From Octopus vulgaris (lineage: Eukaryota): a stretch of DNA of 64,000 bases. This document shows, one piece after another, positions 1-11,220 of the stretch (the first letter of the stretch is position 1; the number at the start of each line of letters is the position of its first letter). Location of the stretch: positions 108,438,001 through 108,502,000 of the forward strand of contig OX597815.1 of assembly GCA_951406725.2 (NCBI GenBank), in the 5' to 3' direction. The notes below the pieces were generated by a model. That model worked only from the letters and a program-made list of their open reading frames with translations. It had not been told where the DNA came from and searched no databases. Position numbers and translations under genes: made by a program.

Positions 1-529
1 CGTCACAAGACATGTCTGCAACAGATTTGAAGAGTCATCTATATATTGTATCAGTTCTTCTTCTTAATTGCTACCCTCCTATATGTGTAGCATGCAACAT
101 AACTGATGAAGTCAACATCACATTTGTATGTTCCATCAATGCAAGGGAAGTAAGAGGCCCTAAGCCACAAAATGGTGATGTGACACATCTTGGCATAAAT
201 GTTGTATCCACCAGGCAGTCATGGAGGGAAGGCTTCAAAGATATATCTCTGGGGCCTGAAAATAAGGCTGCTTCTATAGTATGACATAGAGGGACATATC
301 AAGAAGTTCTTGAACAGATATCATGGTTGAAGTTTGGGTGGAGTTAGGCAGGAAGGCATACCACCCCATAATGTGCTAAAACAAAAATGATTTTATAATA
401 CAAGCATTTTATTTCAACATGTGCACATGTATATGCATACATACATACATGCATATATACATATATACACATATATATATGTTTTTTTTATGTTTTGCAA
501 GTACTTGGTGAACCTGTCAGTGCAGGTGC

Positions 530-792
530 CACTTAAAAGCACCACACAGTAAAGGGGTTAGTGTTTGGAAGGGCATCCAGCTGTAAAAATCTTGCCAAAA
601 CTCACCTTGCCTGTGCTTATGCCACATAAAAAGCACTAAGTCCACTCTGCTGAATGGTTGGTGTTAGGAAAGGCATCCAGCTTTAAAAATCCTGCCAAAA
701 CAGTCACAGAAGTCTGGTGCAGGCTTTGGCCTAGCCAGCTCTTGTGGTACCATCCCACCCATGCTATCATGGAAGACTGACGTTAAACGATT

Positions 793-830
<38 letters not shown>
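530..830 (+). mobile_element. RTE-type LINE 3' UTR fragment ending in (GAT)n
   Basis: Motifs aaaagcac...ttaggaaaggcatccagct...acccatgc...gacgttaaacga(tga)n, the same family that follows an RTE ORF end at 19025-19720; the internal segment is duplicated. Confidence 0.7.
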
Positions 831-1520
831 ACATACATATCCATCCATCCATCCCTCCATCCATCCATCTATCCATATATACATATATGGTGATTGCTCA
901 TCTTCCCAGATGATAGCCATCTCTCAACCTGCTTGATTGTTCTGATATACTTTCATACGTGCATGGATATAACGTTTCACACCATGCATTGATTATCAAA
1001 GGACTTAATAAGATACAAAATGGATCAAGAAATGAAATGATAGTGAGACATCTGTGTGTCATTGGATTTTAGTGACAAAATGTTGTACAACACTTTTGCC
1101 ACTCCCTGAGTTGCCATAGTTGGTTCCAGTGACAACCATTACAGGAATGAATGGTTTCTCTTGGAAGAGTTGCATTTCTCACAGGTTTGTTGAAATTAAT
1201 GTGATCCTCCTTTATCCCTATGAAGTCTATATAACTCAAAGATAGGACCCTGTCTTATTTGATTCATAGCTGACAAAGAATGGCTGAAGAATTGTTGATG
1301 GAATAGATTTAAATGATGACAATTTTTGAGGATGGGAGATGAAGACAGTTGAAACTATAATAATTCAAGTTCATGTTCAGTGACATACACATGTATATTT
1401 GCATACCTAATTTTCTGTGTACATGTATGAATATTATGAATATATATGTGCACATACATTACATACATACAAACATACACATGTGTGTGTGTATGTTTAT
1501 ATGCACACCCAGCCACCCAG

Positions 1521-1525
<5 letters not shown>

Positions 1526-1599
<74 letters not shown>

Positions 1600-1695
1600 T
1601 AGGTAGATAGATAGACAGACAGATAGACAATCAGAAAGATAGATAGATAGATAGATAGAAAGATAGATAGATAAAGAGATAGATAAATAGATAGG
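1526..1695. repeat. Compound microsatellite (CA)n(TA)n(GA)n(GATA)n
   Basis: Directly visible. Confidence 0.95.
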
Positions 1696-2090
1696 AAGTT
1701 AGATATGTAAGTGTAGTTGTGGGTATATTAATATATAAACTTGAGTTATTGCAGTTTCTTCAATTATCTTCATCTCCCATCCTTAAAAATTGTCATAGTT
1801 TAAATCTATTCCATCAAAAATTCTTCAGCCATTCTTTTTCAGCTGTGAACCAACTAAGACAGTACAGCCATTTAGTTTTGAGACCATGGAAATAAATACC
1901 ATCCCATAACATGTTAAACCTCAAATGATCTATAATGCAAACATTGAAATCTATCTTAGTGATTAACTCACATTTCTATGTGTATGTGCATGCATATAAG
2001 TATGCATTTGTGCATACATATATGCATGTGCGCTTAGATGTGTATGTACATGTGTGTGTGTGTATACATATATCAATATATCTATATCCA

Positions 2091-2121
<31 letters not shown>

Positions 2122-2126
2122 TTATC

Positions 2127-2159
<33 letters not shown>

Positions 2160-2321
2160 TTATCGCCATACTAATATGGCATTCTTATAAAAATAAGAAT
2201 AAAGCTGTCCGCTTATTAGCTCCATGAGGCCATCGCCTTAAGTTAGCTATTTGATACACAAACTGTATCCATATAACCTTCGAACAAGGGAGGTCAGTTG
2301 CTCCATACTACTTGACCGGCA

Positions 2322-2363
2322 GCTACAGACGCGTTTCGGGGTATTGCCCCTTTTCAATGCAGC
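2322..2363 (-). ncRNA. Minimal type I hammerhead ribozyme motif, U3-A8 variant (copy 1)
   Basis: Reverse complement reads gctgca TTGAAAA gggg caata cccc GAAA cgcg TC tgtagc. Confidence 0.7.
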
Positions 2364-2684
2364 GTAGCCAGACCAGTAGGTGTCGCTTCTGACAATCTCT
2401 GTTCGAAGGTTTTATTTATCTAGCTTCGGTGGAATACATCCACTTGTTTTCAATAATAGAAATATTAAAATTACTAAGTCTCTCTAAAAGAGAACAACGG
2501 CAGCGTTCCCGGAAAATAATAGTTATCGCCATACTAATATGGCATTCTTATAAAAATAAGAATAAAGCTGTCCGCTTATTAGCTCCATGAGGCCATCGCC
2601 TTAAGTTAGCTATTTGATACACAAACTGTATCCATATAACCTTCGAACAAGGGAGGTCAGTCGCTCCACACTACTTGACCGGCA

Positions 2685-2726
2685 GCTACAGACGCGTTTC
2701 GGGGTATTGCCCCTTTTCAATGCAGC
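2685..2726 (-). ncRNA. Minimal type I hammerhead ribozyme motif, U3-A8 variant (copy 2)
   Basis: Same motif as copy 1, offset by 363 bp. Confidence 0.7.
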
Positions 2727-2812
2727 GTAGCCAGACCAGTAGGTGTCGCTTCTGACAATCTCTGTTCGAAGGTTTTATTTACCTAGCTTCGGTGGAATAC
2801 TGGTCTGGCTAC

Positions 2813-2854
2813 GCTGCATTGAAAAGGGGCAATACCCCGAAACGCGTCTGTAGC
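2813..2854 (+). ncRNA. Minimal type I hammerhead ribozyme motif, U3-A8 variant (copy 3, inverted)
   Basis: Stem I gctgca/tgtagc, core TTGAAAA, stem II gggg/cccc, GAAA, palindromic stem III acgcgt, GUC cleavage triplet. Confidence 0.7.
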
Positions 2855-3119
2855 TGCCGGTCAAGTAGTGTGGAGCGACTGACCTCCCTTGTTCGAAGGT
2901 TATATGGATACAGTTTGTGTATCAAATAGCTAACTTAAGGCGATGGCCTCATGGAGCTAATAAGCGGACAGCTTTATTCATATTTTTATAAGAATGCCAT
3001 ATTAGTATGGCGATAACTATTATTTTCCGGGAAAGCTGCCGTTGTTCTCTTTTAGAGAGACTTAGTAATTTTAATATTTCTATTATATATATATATATAC
3101 ATATACATATACATATATA

Positions 3120-3925
3120 TCATCATCATCATTTAACGTCCGCTTTCCATGCTAGCATGGGTTGGACGGTTCAACTGGGGTCTGGGGAGCCCGAAAGCTG
3201 CACCAGTCCAGTCAGATCTGGCAGTGTTTCTACAGCTGGATGCCCTTCCTAACGCCAACCACTCCGAGAGTGTAGTGGGTGATTTTATGTGCCACCGACA
3301 CAGGTGCCAGACGAGGCTGGCAAACGGCCACACTCGGATGGTGTTTTTTATGTGCCACCGACACAGGTGCCAGACGAGGCTGGCAGACGGCCACGCTCGG
3401 ATGGTGTTTTTATGTGCCACCGACACAGGTGCCAGATGAGGCTGGCAAACGGCCACGATCGGATGGTGTTTGTTACGTGCCCACAGCACGGAGGCCAGTC
3501 GATGCGGTACTGGCTACGGCCACGTTCGGATGGTTCTCTTGTGTGCCACGTGCCACCGGCACTGGTACCACAAAGATACAAATTCCATTGATGTTCATCT
3601 ATTTTGATTTGTTTTGATTTTGATTTTCACTTGCCTCAACAGGTCTTCACAAGTGTCACAAGAAGGAAGGTATGCACAGGTGGACTGACTACGTCCCAGG
3701 TAGGGTCCACAGGTTATGGCCTGACTAGTCTTGCCGGGTCTTCGGATGGTGTTTTTATGTGCCACCGACACAGGTGCCAGATGAGGCTGGCGAACGGCCA
3801 CGATCGGATGGTGTTTGTTACGTGCCCACAGCACGGAGGCCAGTCGGTGCGGTACTGGCTACGGCCACGTTCGGATGGTTTTCTTGTGTGCCACCGGCAC
3901 TGGTACCACAAGATACAATTCCATT
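3120..3925 (-). mobile_element. RTE-type LINE 3' UTR with internal ~62-bp tandem repeats
   Basis: (CAT)n ttaacgtccgctttccatgctagcatgggttgg tail; repeated unit tttatgtgccaccgacacaggtgccagacgaggctggc; about 3400-3590 is duplicated at about 3745-3925. Confidence 0.75.
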
Positions 3926-3929
3926 AATG

Positions 3930-3962
<33 letters not shown>

Positions 3963-4121
3963 TTAGCTGAGTTAGAGGTTAAAATAACTGTCTAAGGGAT
4001 AGAAGTATCCATTATATGACTGGTATATTACCCATGTTTAACCATGGGCATACATATGCAAGCATATTATGCTCATAAAGTTTAGGTAAAGACAAGGATA
4101 AACATGAGTTTATCAAGAATC

Positions 4122-4215
4122 AAAATTTAAAGAAGACAGAAAATGGGGAAGTATTGATGAACAAATCAATTGTTGTTCATCAATATTTCTCCATCTTCTG
4201 TTTTCTTTAAATTTT
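4122..4215. repeat. Imperfect hairpin, ~43-bp arms
   Basis: aaaatttaaagaagacagaaaatggggaagtattgatgaacaa ... ttgttcatcaatatttctccatcttctgttttctttaaatttt. Confidence 0.85.
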
Positions 4216-4229
4216 ACACACACACACAT

Positions 4230-4265
<36 letters not shown>

Positions 4266-4267
<2 letters not shown>

Positions 4268-4580
4268 TCTTTTACTTGTTTCAGTCATTTGACTGTGGCC
4301 ATGCTGGAGCACTGTTTTGAAGGGTTTTAGTTGAAGAAACCAACTTCAGGACTTATACTTTGTATGCCTAGTACTTATTCTATTGGTCTCTTTTGCCAGA
4401 CTGTTAAGTTGACATAAATATATATATGATGGGTTTCTTTCAGTTTCCATCTACAAAATCTACCAACAAGGTTTTAGTTGGCTCGAGGCTATAGTAGAAG
4501 ACACTTGCCCAAGGTGCCACATAGTGAGATTGAGCCTGGAACCATATGGTTTAGAAGCAAACTTCTTACCACACAGCCAC
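4266..4580 (-). mobile_element. tRNA-derived SINE, family A
   Basis: Reverse-complement homology to 22137-22612 and 61506-61931. Confidence 0.8.
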
Positions 4581-4769
4581 ACACACACACACACACACAG
4601 ACACACACATACATATGTAAATATGTATATATATATAGTTATGGTATATTCTGTTAAGAACGTATTAGAGTACAGTATAAAGCTCGACCACCTTCAGATT
4701 TAACCCTGTGCTATCCAATAGTAGCATCATAGGTACTTTTTGCATTTGGGTATTTGTCATGCGTGAATA

Positions 4770-5170
4770 GATAAGTGAAAAAATTTAGAGTCAGTAAGAA
4801 GGAGTATGGTTGAACCTTTATTTTTTAATCACTACAATTGTTTCTATGCTAAGTAGTTTTCCAGGCATGCAGATACTTGATTATGAAACTGTTTCCCTGC
4901 ATTATGAGATCTATATATTTCTGTTGCAGCCTGAATTTGGCCATGACAGACAGAGAAGATGTTCTTGAAGCAGAGAATGTGAATTTATGGAGACAATATT
5001 TACATATTGTCTGAGGAAGCACATCTAGATCTCATAATGCAGAGAAACAGTTGCATAATCAAGTACCTGCATGCCTGGAGAACTACATTGCATAGAAACA
5101 ATTGTGGTGATTGAAAAATAAATGTCCAACTGTATGCCTTCTTTTTGACTCCAAATTTTTTCAATTACGT
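4770..5170. mobile_element. Inverted-repeat cassette, probable Penelope-like terminus
   Basis: About 4770-4915 is the reverse complement of about 5025-5170; degenerate ctgagga...gaaacaattgt motif; related fragment at about 22705-22770. Confidence 0.5.
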
Positions 5171-5204
5171 ATCAAATTGTTGGATCAGAGGTATCAAATT
5201 GTAG

Positions 5205-6030
5205 GATTAGCTGATGAAAATTACAGAGAGAGTCATAGCCCAACTAATTAGGGAGAGAGTTAGTCTAGATGAGATGCAGTTGGTTACATAGCCAAAGGTA
5301 AAATTATGCACTTGGCTTTTGTTGGTTTGGAAAAAGCCTTTGATAGGATCCCCCAAAGTCTTAGTAAGTAGGAAGGCAAACAAATCACAAATCCCTTCAG
5401 GTAGATGGCCCAGCTCAGTCTGCAGAAAATGCGTAGGTAGAAACTCCATAAGATGTACCTGTTGTAAGCTTTGGACACATAAGAGGTGCAGCAATATCAG
5501 AAGAAGGTTAACAGGGAAAATAGCTTTTGTGTGTGTTACATGCACAGGTACAATAAACACCAAAAAGGTACAGAAAATAGACTCTATCAACTGCCAGGTG
5601 GGTAAGCTAGAGGTAGTAGATAGCATATGTTGCCTAGGTGACCAGGTAAGTAATGGAATGGACACTCCAAGAGCATAGCTGTGAGAATAAGAATAGGCTG
5701 GGAAAAGTTCAGAGAGCTCCTATCTGAGCTGGCAACAAAGGGCCTCTCCCTCAGAGTGAAAGGCAGAATGTATGATGCCTGTTTGTGAACAGCTATGCTA
5801 CAGAGCAGTGAAACATGGGCTGTGACAGCTGAGGACAAGCATAGGTTTGAAAGAAATGAAGCCAGTATGCTTTGCTGGATGTTCAAAGTCAGTGTGCATG
5901 TTCAATAGAGTGTAAGCATCTTGAGAGAAAAGTTAGGTATAAGGGGCATCAGATGTGGTGTGCAAGAGAGACAACTACACTGGTATGGTTATGTGATACA
6001 TATGGACGAGGACAACTGAGTAAAGAAGTG
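5205..6030 (+). pseudogene. Decayed RTE-clade LINE reverse transcriptase fragment with embedded PHD-like finger
   Basis: Translated pieces KITERVIAQLIRERVSLDEMQ, AFVGLEKAFDRIP, LEVVDSICCLGDQV, RIRIGWEKFRELL, RVKGRMYDAC, SSETWAVT; frameshifts, stops and an internal deletion. Confidence 0.85.
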
Positions 6031-6256
6031 TCAAAAAATCATTATTTTAAAGTGCTGCTACTAAAACATCTCCTGTTGAGAGATTTAAGAACAACAATGT
6101 TTCTATATTATTAGATCAGTGACTGAAAGTCACTTAGAAAATTATATACATTTTCAAATGGGTGTTTAGTAGTGCCATCTCAGCCAAAGGGTTATTTTGT
6201 GCTGATGAAGATTAGGAACAACAATATTTCTATTTTATATATATATATATATATAG

Positions 6257-6259
<3 letters not shown>

Positions 6260-6289
<30 letters not shown>

Positions 6290-6336
6290 TGTATGTATGT
6301 ATGTATGTATGTATGTATGTATGTATGTATGTATGT
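6260..6336. repeat. (TATG)n microsatellite
   Basis: Directly visible. Confidence 0.95.
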
Positions 6337-7224
6337 AGGTTTATATTTACATATATATGTATATATAATGTGTATGTGTGTGTATTTGTAGGTAGGCAGT
6401 CAATTATTTACAAGACCATTACTCAGAGTACCATAATCATGAGTTCACACATCTAATTAATGAATGTACTAACAATCATCATTTTCAACACCAGTCTTCC
6501 TATTCTTGCATGGGGTGGAGACACTTTCACCAGCACCATATCTTTCCACTAGTCTTTCTTACTCACCATCTCCTTGGTTTACCATCTTGAGATCAGTACT
6601 CAGCACTTCATCTCATGTTTTGCTTGGTCTTCCCTCTTCTCCTGGCTCCATTTATTTTAATCACTTAGCTCTTCACACCCAACTGTCTTTCTCTATTTAC
6701 ATCACACACCCAATAAAATATTCAAACCAGGTTCGATGTTTGTATTTTTGAAAAACAAAGTAACTTTGTCAGGATTACAAAGGAGTAGGATATTGTGTTG
6801 TCAGTATTCAGAAACATAACTAATGAACCAAGACTTAATATAATTTTGTTAAATAGTTCACAACTTCTTCAGTAATTTCCATTAAAACTGGAGATAAGGA
6901 GCACTTGTCCATGCAAATATCTTAAAGGAGTCACATGCCAAATCAGACAGTATAAGAACATATATATACTATATGTACTTAATATACCATATATACATGA
7001 TCATGATGATGATGACCATCATCATCATCATGAAACCAGTGGGCAAAATTAAGATCAGCTTGATCAAAATAATCTTCTGTTTTTTTTTTTGTTTTATTTT
7101 GGCAAACAGAGAGAAGAAGGCTGTTGAAAAGGGTCACTGAGTTACAAAATATTAAAAACCAGTGATCCAGATGCATAACAGCACAACAAAAGGAAATTAC
7201 ATTCTTCAACTATATCACCTGTGC

Positions 7225-7436
7225 ATTGGTGCTGGTGTCATGTAAAAAGCACTGGTGATGGTACCATGTAAAAGCACCCAGTACACTCTTTAAAATGGTT
7301 GGTTTCAGGATGGGCATTCAACGGTAGAAATCAGGCCCAACAGACTATGAAGCCTGGTGTGGCTCCTGGCCTTGCCAATTCCTGTCAAGCCATACAACCC
7401 ATGCCAGCATGGAAAACAGACATTAAATGATGATGA
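7225..7436 (+). mobile_element. RTE-type 3' UTR fragment
   Basis: aaaagcaccc...acccatgccagcatggaaaacagacattaaatgatgatg. Confidence 0.7.
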
Positions 7437-8330
7437 GAAAATATTTCTAACAAATACACATGTATATGCACACTAAATTACAGACAGAATAAATTTGCTC
7501 TCTAAGTCAACTCCTTGAGGATTAATAATGTTATTGAATTTATAATTAATATTGTGATTTTGTAAATTATTTTACGTAACAGTTTAGATATTGTCCTTAT
7601 CATAAAAGCTAATAATTATTTCCACCATCATCACAATCACCACCAGTGTCGCCATAACCACCTGTCTTTCTGTCAGTATTACCTTAGCACAGCAGCACCA
7701 TCACCACCACCATCAGCACAGCAGCATCATCACCTCAGCACAGTAGCACCATCACCACCACCATCATTGCCACTGCCACTGTCACTGTCCCCACCACCAC
7801 CACCACCACCACCACCACCACCACCACTCATTTCATTTCCTTCAAGACTGATAGAATAAATCACCTTCTGTGCCGTTCTTTCTCTTTTCTTTCTTTCTTT
7901 CCTATGCTTCTTCTCCGTCTCCCTGTCTGTCTGTCTGTCATTCTTTCTCTATCTTTTCGCCATCTCTGTCTCTGACTCTCTCTCTCTCTCTCTCTCTCTC
8001 CTTCTCTCTCCCACCATTGCTCTTCAGTCCTTATACATGGTTTTGTTCTTCATAACCATTAACATTTTTGAAAAGAAACTGAAGATTCAGGCTTGAAAGA
8101 GGAGAACAAACAGAGTGGAATTGAAATGAAATGAAATGAAAGTAGATGACAATGCAGACAGGTCAGTCTCTAACATCAGATAATTACTGGCCAAAAATCA
8201 TTAACAAAAATGCATCATATAAATAAGAGAACCCAGAAGCCTGTGAAACAATCTCTGTCTCTATGGAATATTTCTTGCAAATATATTTGTTTTCTAACTG
8301 CAGAACTATCACCCATGTTCTTATAATAAT

Positions 8331-8783
8331 CCTTTCTACTGAAGGCACAAGGCCTTGAAATTTTGTGGGAAGGGGACTAGTTGATTACATTGACTCCAGT
8401 ATGCAACTGGTACTTAATTTATCAACCCCCAAAAGGACAAAAGGCAAAGTCAACCTCTGCGGAATTTGAACTCGGAACGTAATGGTAGATGAAATGTTAC
8501 TAAGCATTTCGCCTGGCATGCTAATGATTCTGACAGCTCAGTGCCTTCACCATTCTTATAATAATCCTTTCTATTATAGGCAAAAGGCCAGAAATTTGTG
8601 GGGAGAGAGTAAGTCGATTACATTGACTCCAGTATGCAACTAACTGGTACTTAATTTATCGACCCCAAAAGGATGAAGTGCAAAGTCGATCTTGGCAGAA
8701 TATAAACTCAGTCCATAACGACAGATGACATGTCGCTAAGCATTTCACCTGGCATGCTAACAACTCTGCCAGCTCACCTCCTT
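8331..8783 (-). mobile_element. Two head-to-tail copies of SINE family B
   Basis: 8331-8547 and 8566-8783 are each homologous to 13848-14061; ttcttataataat occurs before, between and after them. Confidence 0.8.
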
Positions 8784-9179
8784 CACCTTTCTTATAATAA
8801 TGCCATGACAGAATGTCCTAGATTTGTAAACTATTACAACGTGACATATATTCTATTGATGTACGCTATCACTATCATAAACATTAATGAGTCTTTTAGC
8901 ACGTGTCAGCAGCAACAAACACATCCTTCCTCTCTGCACAAAACTGTCATTCCATTCTGACAATCTCTCTCTCTCTCTTTCACTCTCTTTTTCTTTCTTT
9001 TTTTCTTTCTTTGTTTTTCTCCCCCTCTCTCTATCTCTCTCTGCTTCCTCTCTATATCACCTCTTCATCACCTCATTCCCCACCACCTCGCTCTCTCTCT
9101 CTCTCTCTCCCACCTCGCCCATATTCTAGCTGCATTGCCATACATGTGAGCAGTGAACATCTATTGTCAAACGCATAGC

Positions 9180-9235
9180 CAGCAAAACCACTGCCGCTGC
9201 CACCACCAGCACCACCACCGCCGCCGCCGCCGCCG

Positions 9236-9269
<34 letters not shown>

Positions 9270-9700
9270 CAACAACAACAATAACAACAACAACAACAAT
9301 AACAACAACAACAACAATAACAACAACAACAAAAACAGTAGCAGCAGCAGCAGCAAAAATAACAACAGCAGCAAAAACAGTTGAAAGTAAAATAACAAAA
9401 TTCTAATGGCAGCAGCAGAAACAGAAACGAAACACTAACAACAACAACAACAACAACAACAGCAACAACAACAGCAAAGACACAACCACAACAACAAGAA
9501 TAGCTACAAGTAAAATTACAAAATTACAATGACAGGGAAAGAAACCACAAAAAGAACATCAACAATAGCAACAACAACAAAAACTACCACCATCACCACT
9601 ACCAAAAGTACTGGCGTGACTGCTGCTGCCACTACTACAACTTCTTCTTCTTCTTCTTCTGCTGCTGCTGCTGCTGCTACTACTACTACTACTACAGTTG
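9180..9700. repeat. Trinucleotide low-complexity block (CAC, CGC, CAA, CAG, TTC, TGC, TAC)
   Basis: Directly visible. Confidence 0.9.
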
Positions 9701-9774
9701 CATGTGCAATAACTACATTAGAAACAGCACTCAGGTTTAGTTAACAACAATAAAAATAGTGAATCACACAACTA

Positions 9775-9905
9775 TTGCTGTTTAGCCCCAGGCAAGCCTC
9801 GAAAGAGCAGATCTATGATAAAGAGACATCCCAACTGTCACCATCCCATTTCATCCCATTCCATCCTATCCCATACTTTTTTCAGATGTATATCAAACAT
9901 GCCCT
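9775..9905. mobile_element. Dispersed SINE-like repeat, family D (gtttagccccagg...accatccc)
   Basis: Similar segments at about 50090-50145, 51640-52050, 54488-54665 and 60075-60150. Confidence 0.5.
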
Positions 9906-10930
9906 TTTTCTCTTCTCTCTGCCCTAGTAAATAGCTCCTTTCTTGTCCCCTTTTCGTCACACCTTCCATCCATAGATACCCTGATAATGTAAGATATCTC
10001 CTCTCTCCATATAATCCATCCAGTCACCTTTCCACTTTATCCCCTACTTTTCTCTATGAATTTAGGCCCTTTGCCATGCAAGTTACAAGATGATTTCTGA
10101 CAGTGCTGGTGCTACATAAGTGACATTGAAACATGGTAGCAATCCACTGATTGATCAGTTCCTGTTGAACTGTCCCACCCATGCCAGCATGGCAAGCAAG
10201 AAAGCTGCACCAGGTTCCTATCTGATTTGGTTTGGTTTCGTTGGCTGGATTCCTAACACCAATGAAAAAAGTGAATACTAAATAATGATGATGATGGGTC
10301 AAGGGACAACATATTTAGACTCTGCCAGTAAGTGTTGAATGAATATGCAAGCCTGGACAAGTTTTTCGAGAAAGATTGCCATCTTCCTCAAGTACAAGGC
10401 ATCTAGTAGTTTCCCTTGCATACAAATTTTCCCTTTCTACAAGAGGGTAGCCTTTCTCTATCCAAGAGAAAAGCTGCCTGCTTGGGCTGATACAGCTTGA
10501 CATCAATGTTGTTGCAGGCATTGCTGTTAGTAAACAAAGAGCTGGAACAGATATTGCAAGGTATGGTACCCGAACCTCAGATACTTTCACCGGTCCACTA
10601 GTTTAGATTGGTAGAGTTTTATTGCCCCCAAAAGAAGGAAAGACGCAGTAGACCATGACAGAATTTAACTCAGAACAAATACCATGACACATTATATCCA
10701 ACAACCCCAATGACTCTACCAATTCACTGCTTTTTGCAGAACCACATAGAAGCTTCTTCACTGATTTGTTTCAGGACTGTTTTAGGGAGAAAATTAATTA
10801 GCAGAAGAGAGGTAAATATTTTAGTGAAAGCTTTGGGTTGCATAATTTAACTACAAACACTTTCAAACATACAGGCAATCCAATGAAGGCAGAGTTAAAA
10901 CAATCATCATCAGCGTCATCATCATCATTG

Positions 10931-10973
<43 letters not shown>

Positions 10974-10999
10974 AGTCGTCGTTGTCTTCCTCATTTTTT

Positions 11000-11220
11000 A
11001 GCATACACTGTTCCATACGTGCATGGTCAGATGGAATTCACTAAGGCAGATTTTCTACAACTGGACACCCTACCTGTCACCAATTCTTAAATTTTTACAA
11101 GTAAGACAACATTCCCCATGATTAGACATGTTTTCCACAGATGACTGGAAATGAATGACCTCGCTTGTATATCAGTGATGCTTTTTTTGCTTATTTACAA
11201 CTACCATGTGATGTCAGCAC
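11000..11220 (-). mobile_element. Dispersed repeat, family E
   Basis: Homologous to 46620-46895 (same orientation) and 41240-41440 (opposite orientation), e.g. catg..agacatgtttt.cacag..gactggaaatgaa. Confidence 0.6.

Larger units (their letters stand above)
2155..3086. mobile_element. Penelope-like element terminal-repeat cassette (tandem plus inverted copies)
   Basis: A 363-bp unit (2155-2517) is repeated from 2518; 2798-3086 is the reverse complement of about 2453-2741; (TA)n flanks both sides; each copy holds a hammerhead-like motif. Confidence 0.75.

Noticed and set aside
12-284. 90-aa ORF in non-repetitive sequence
   Set aside because: No recognisable domain or splice evidence; truncated context at the window edge
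964-1002. Minus-strand TTGATAA...GAAACGTTA motif
   Set aside because: Core-like, but stem I and stem II do not pair adequately
10315-10590. 91-aa minus-strand ORF
   Set aside because: No recognisable homology; length is compatible with chance
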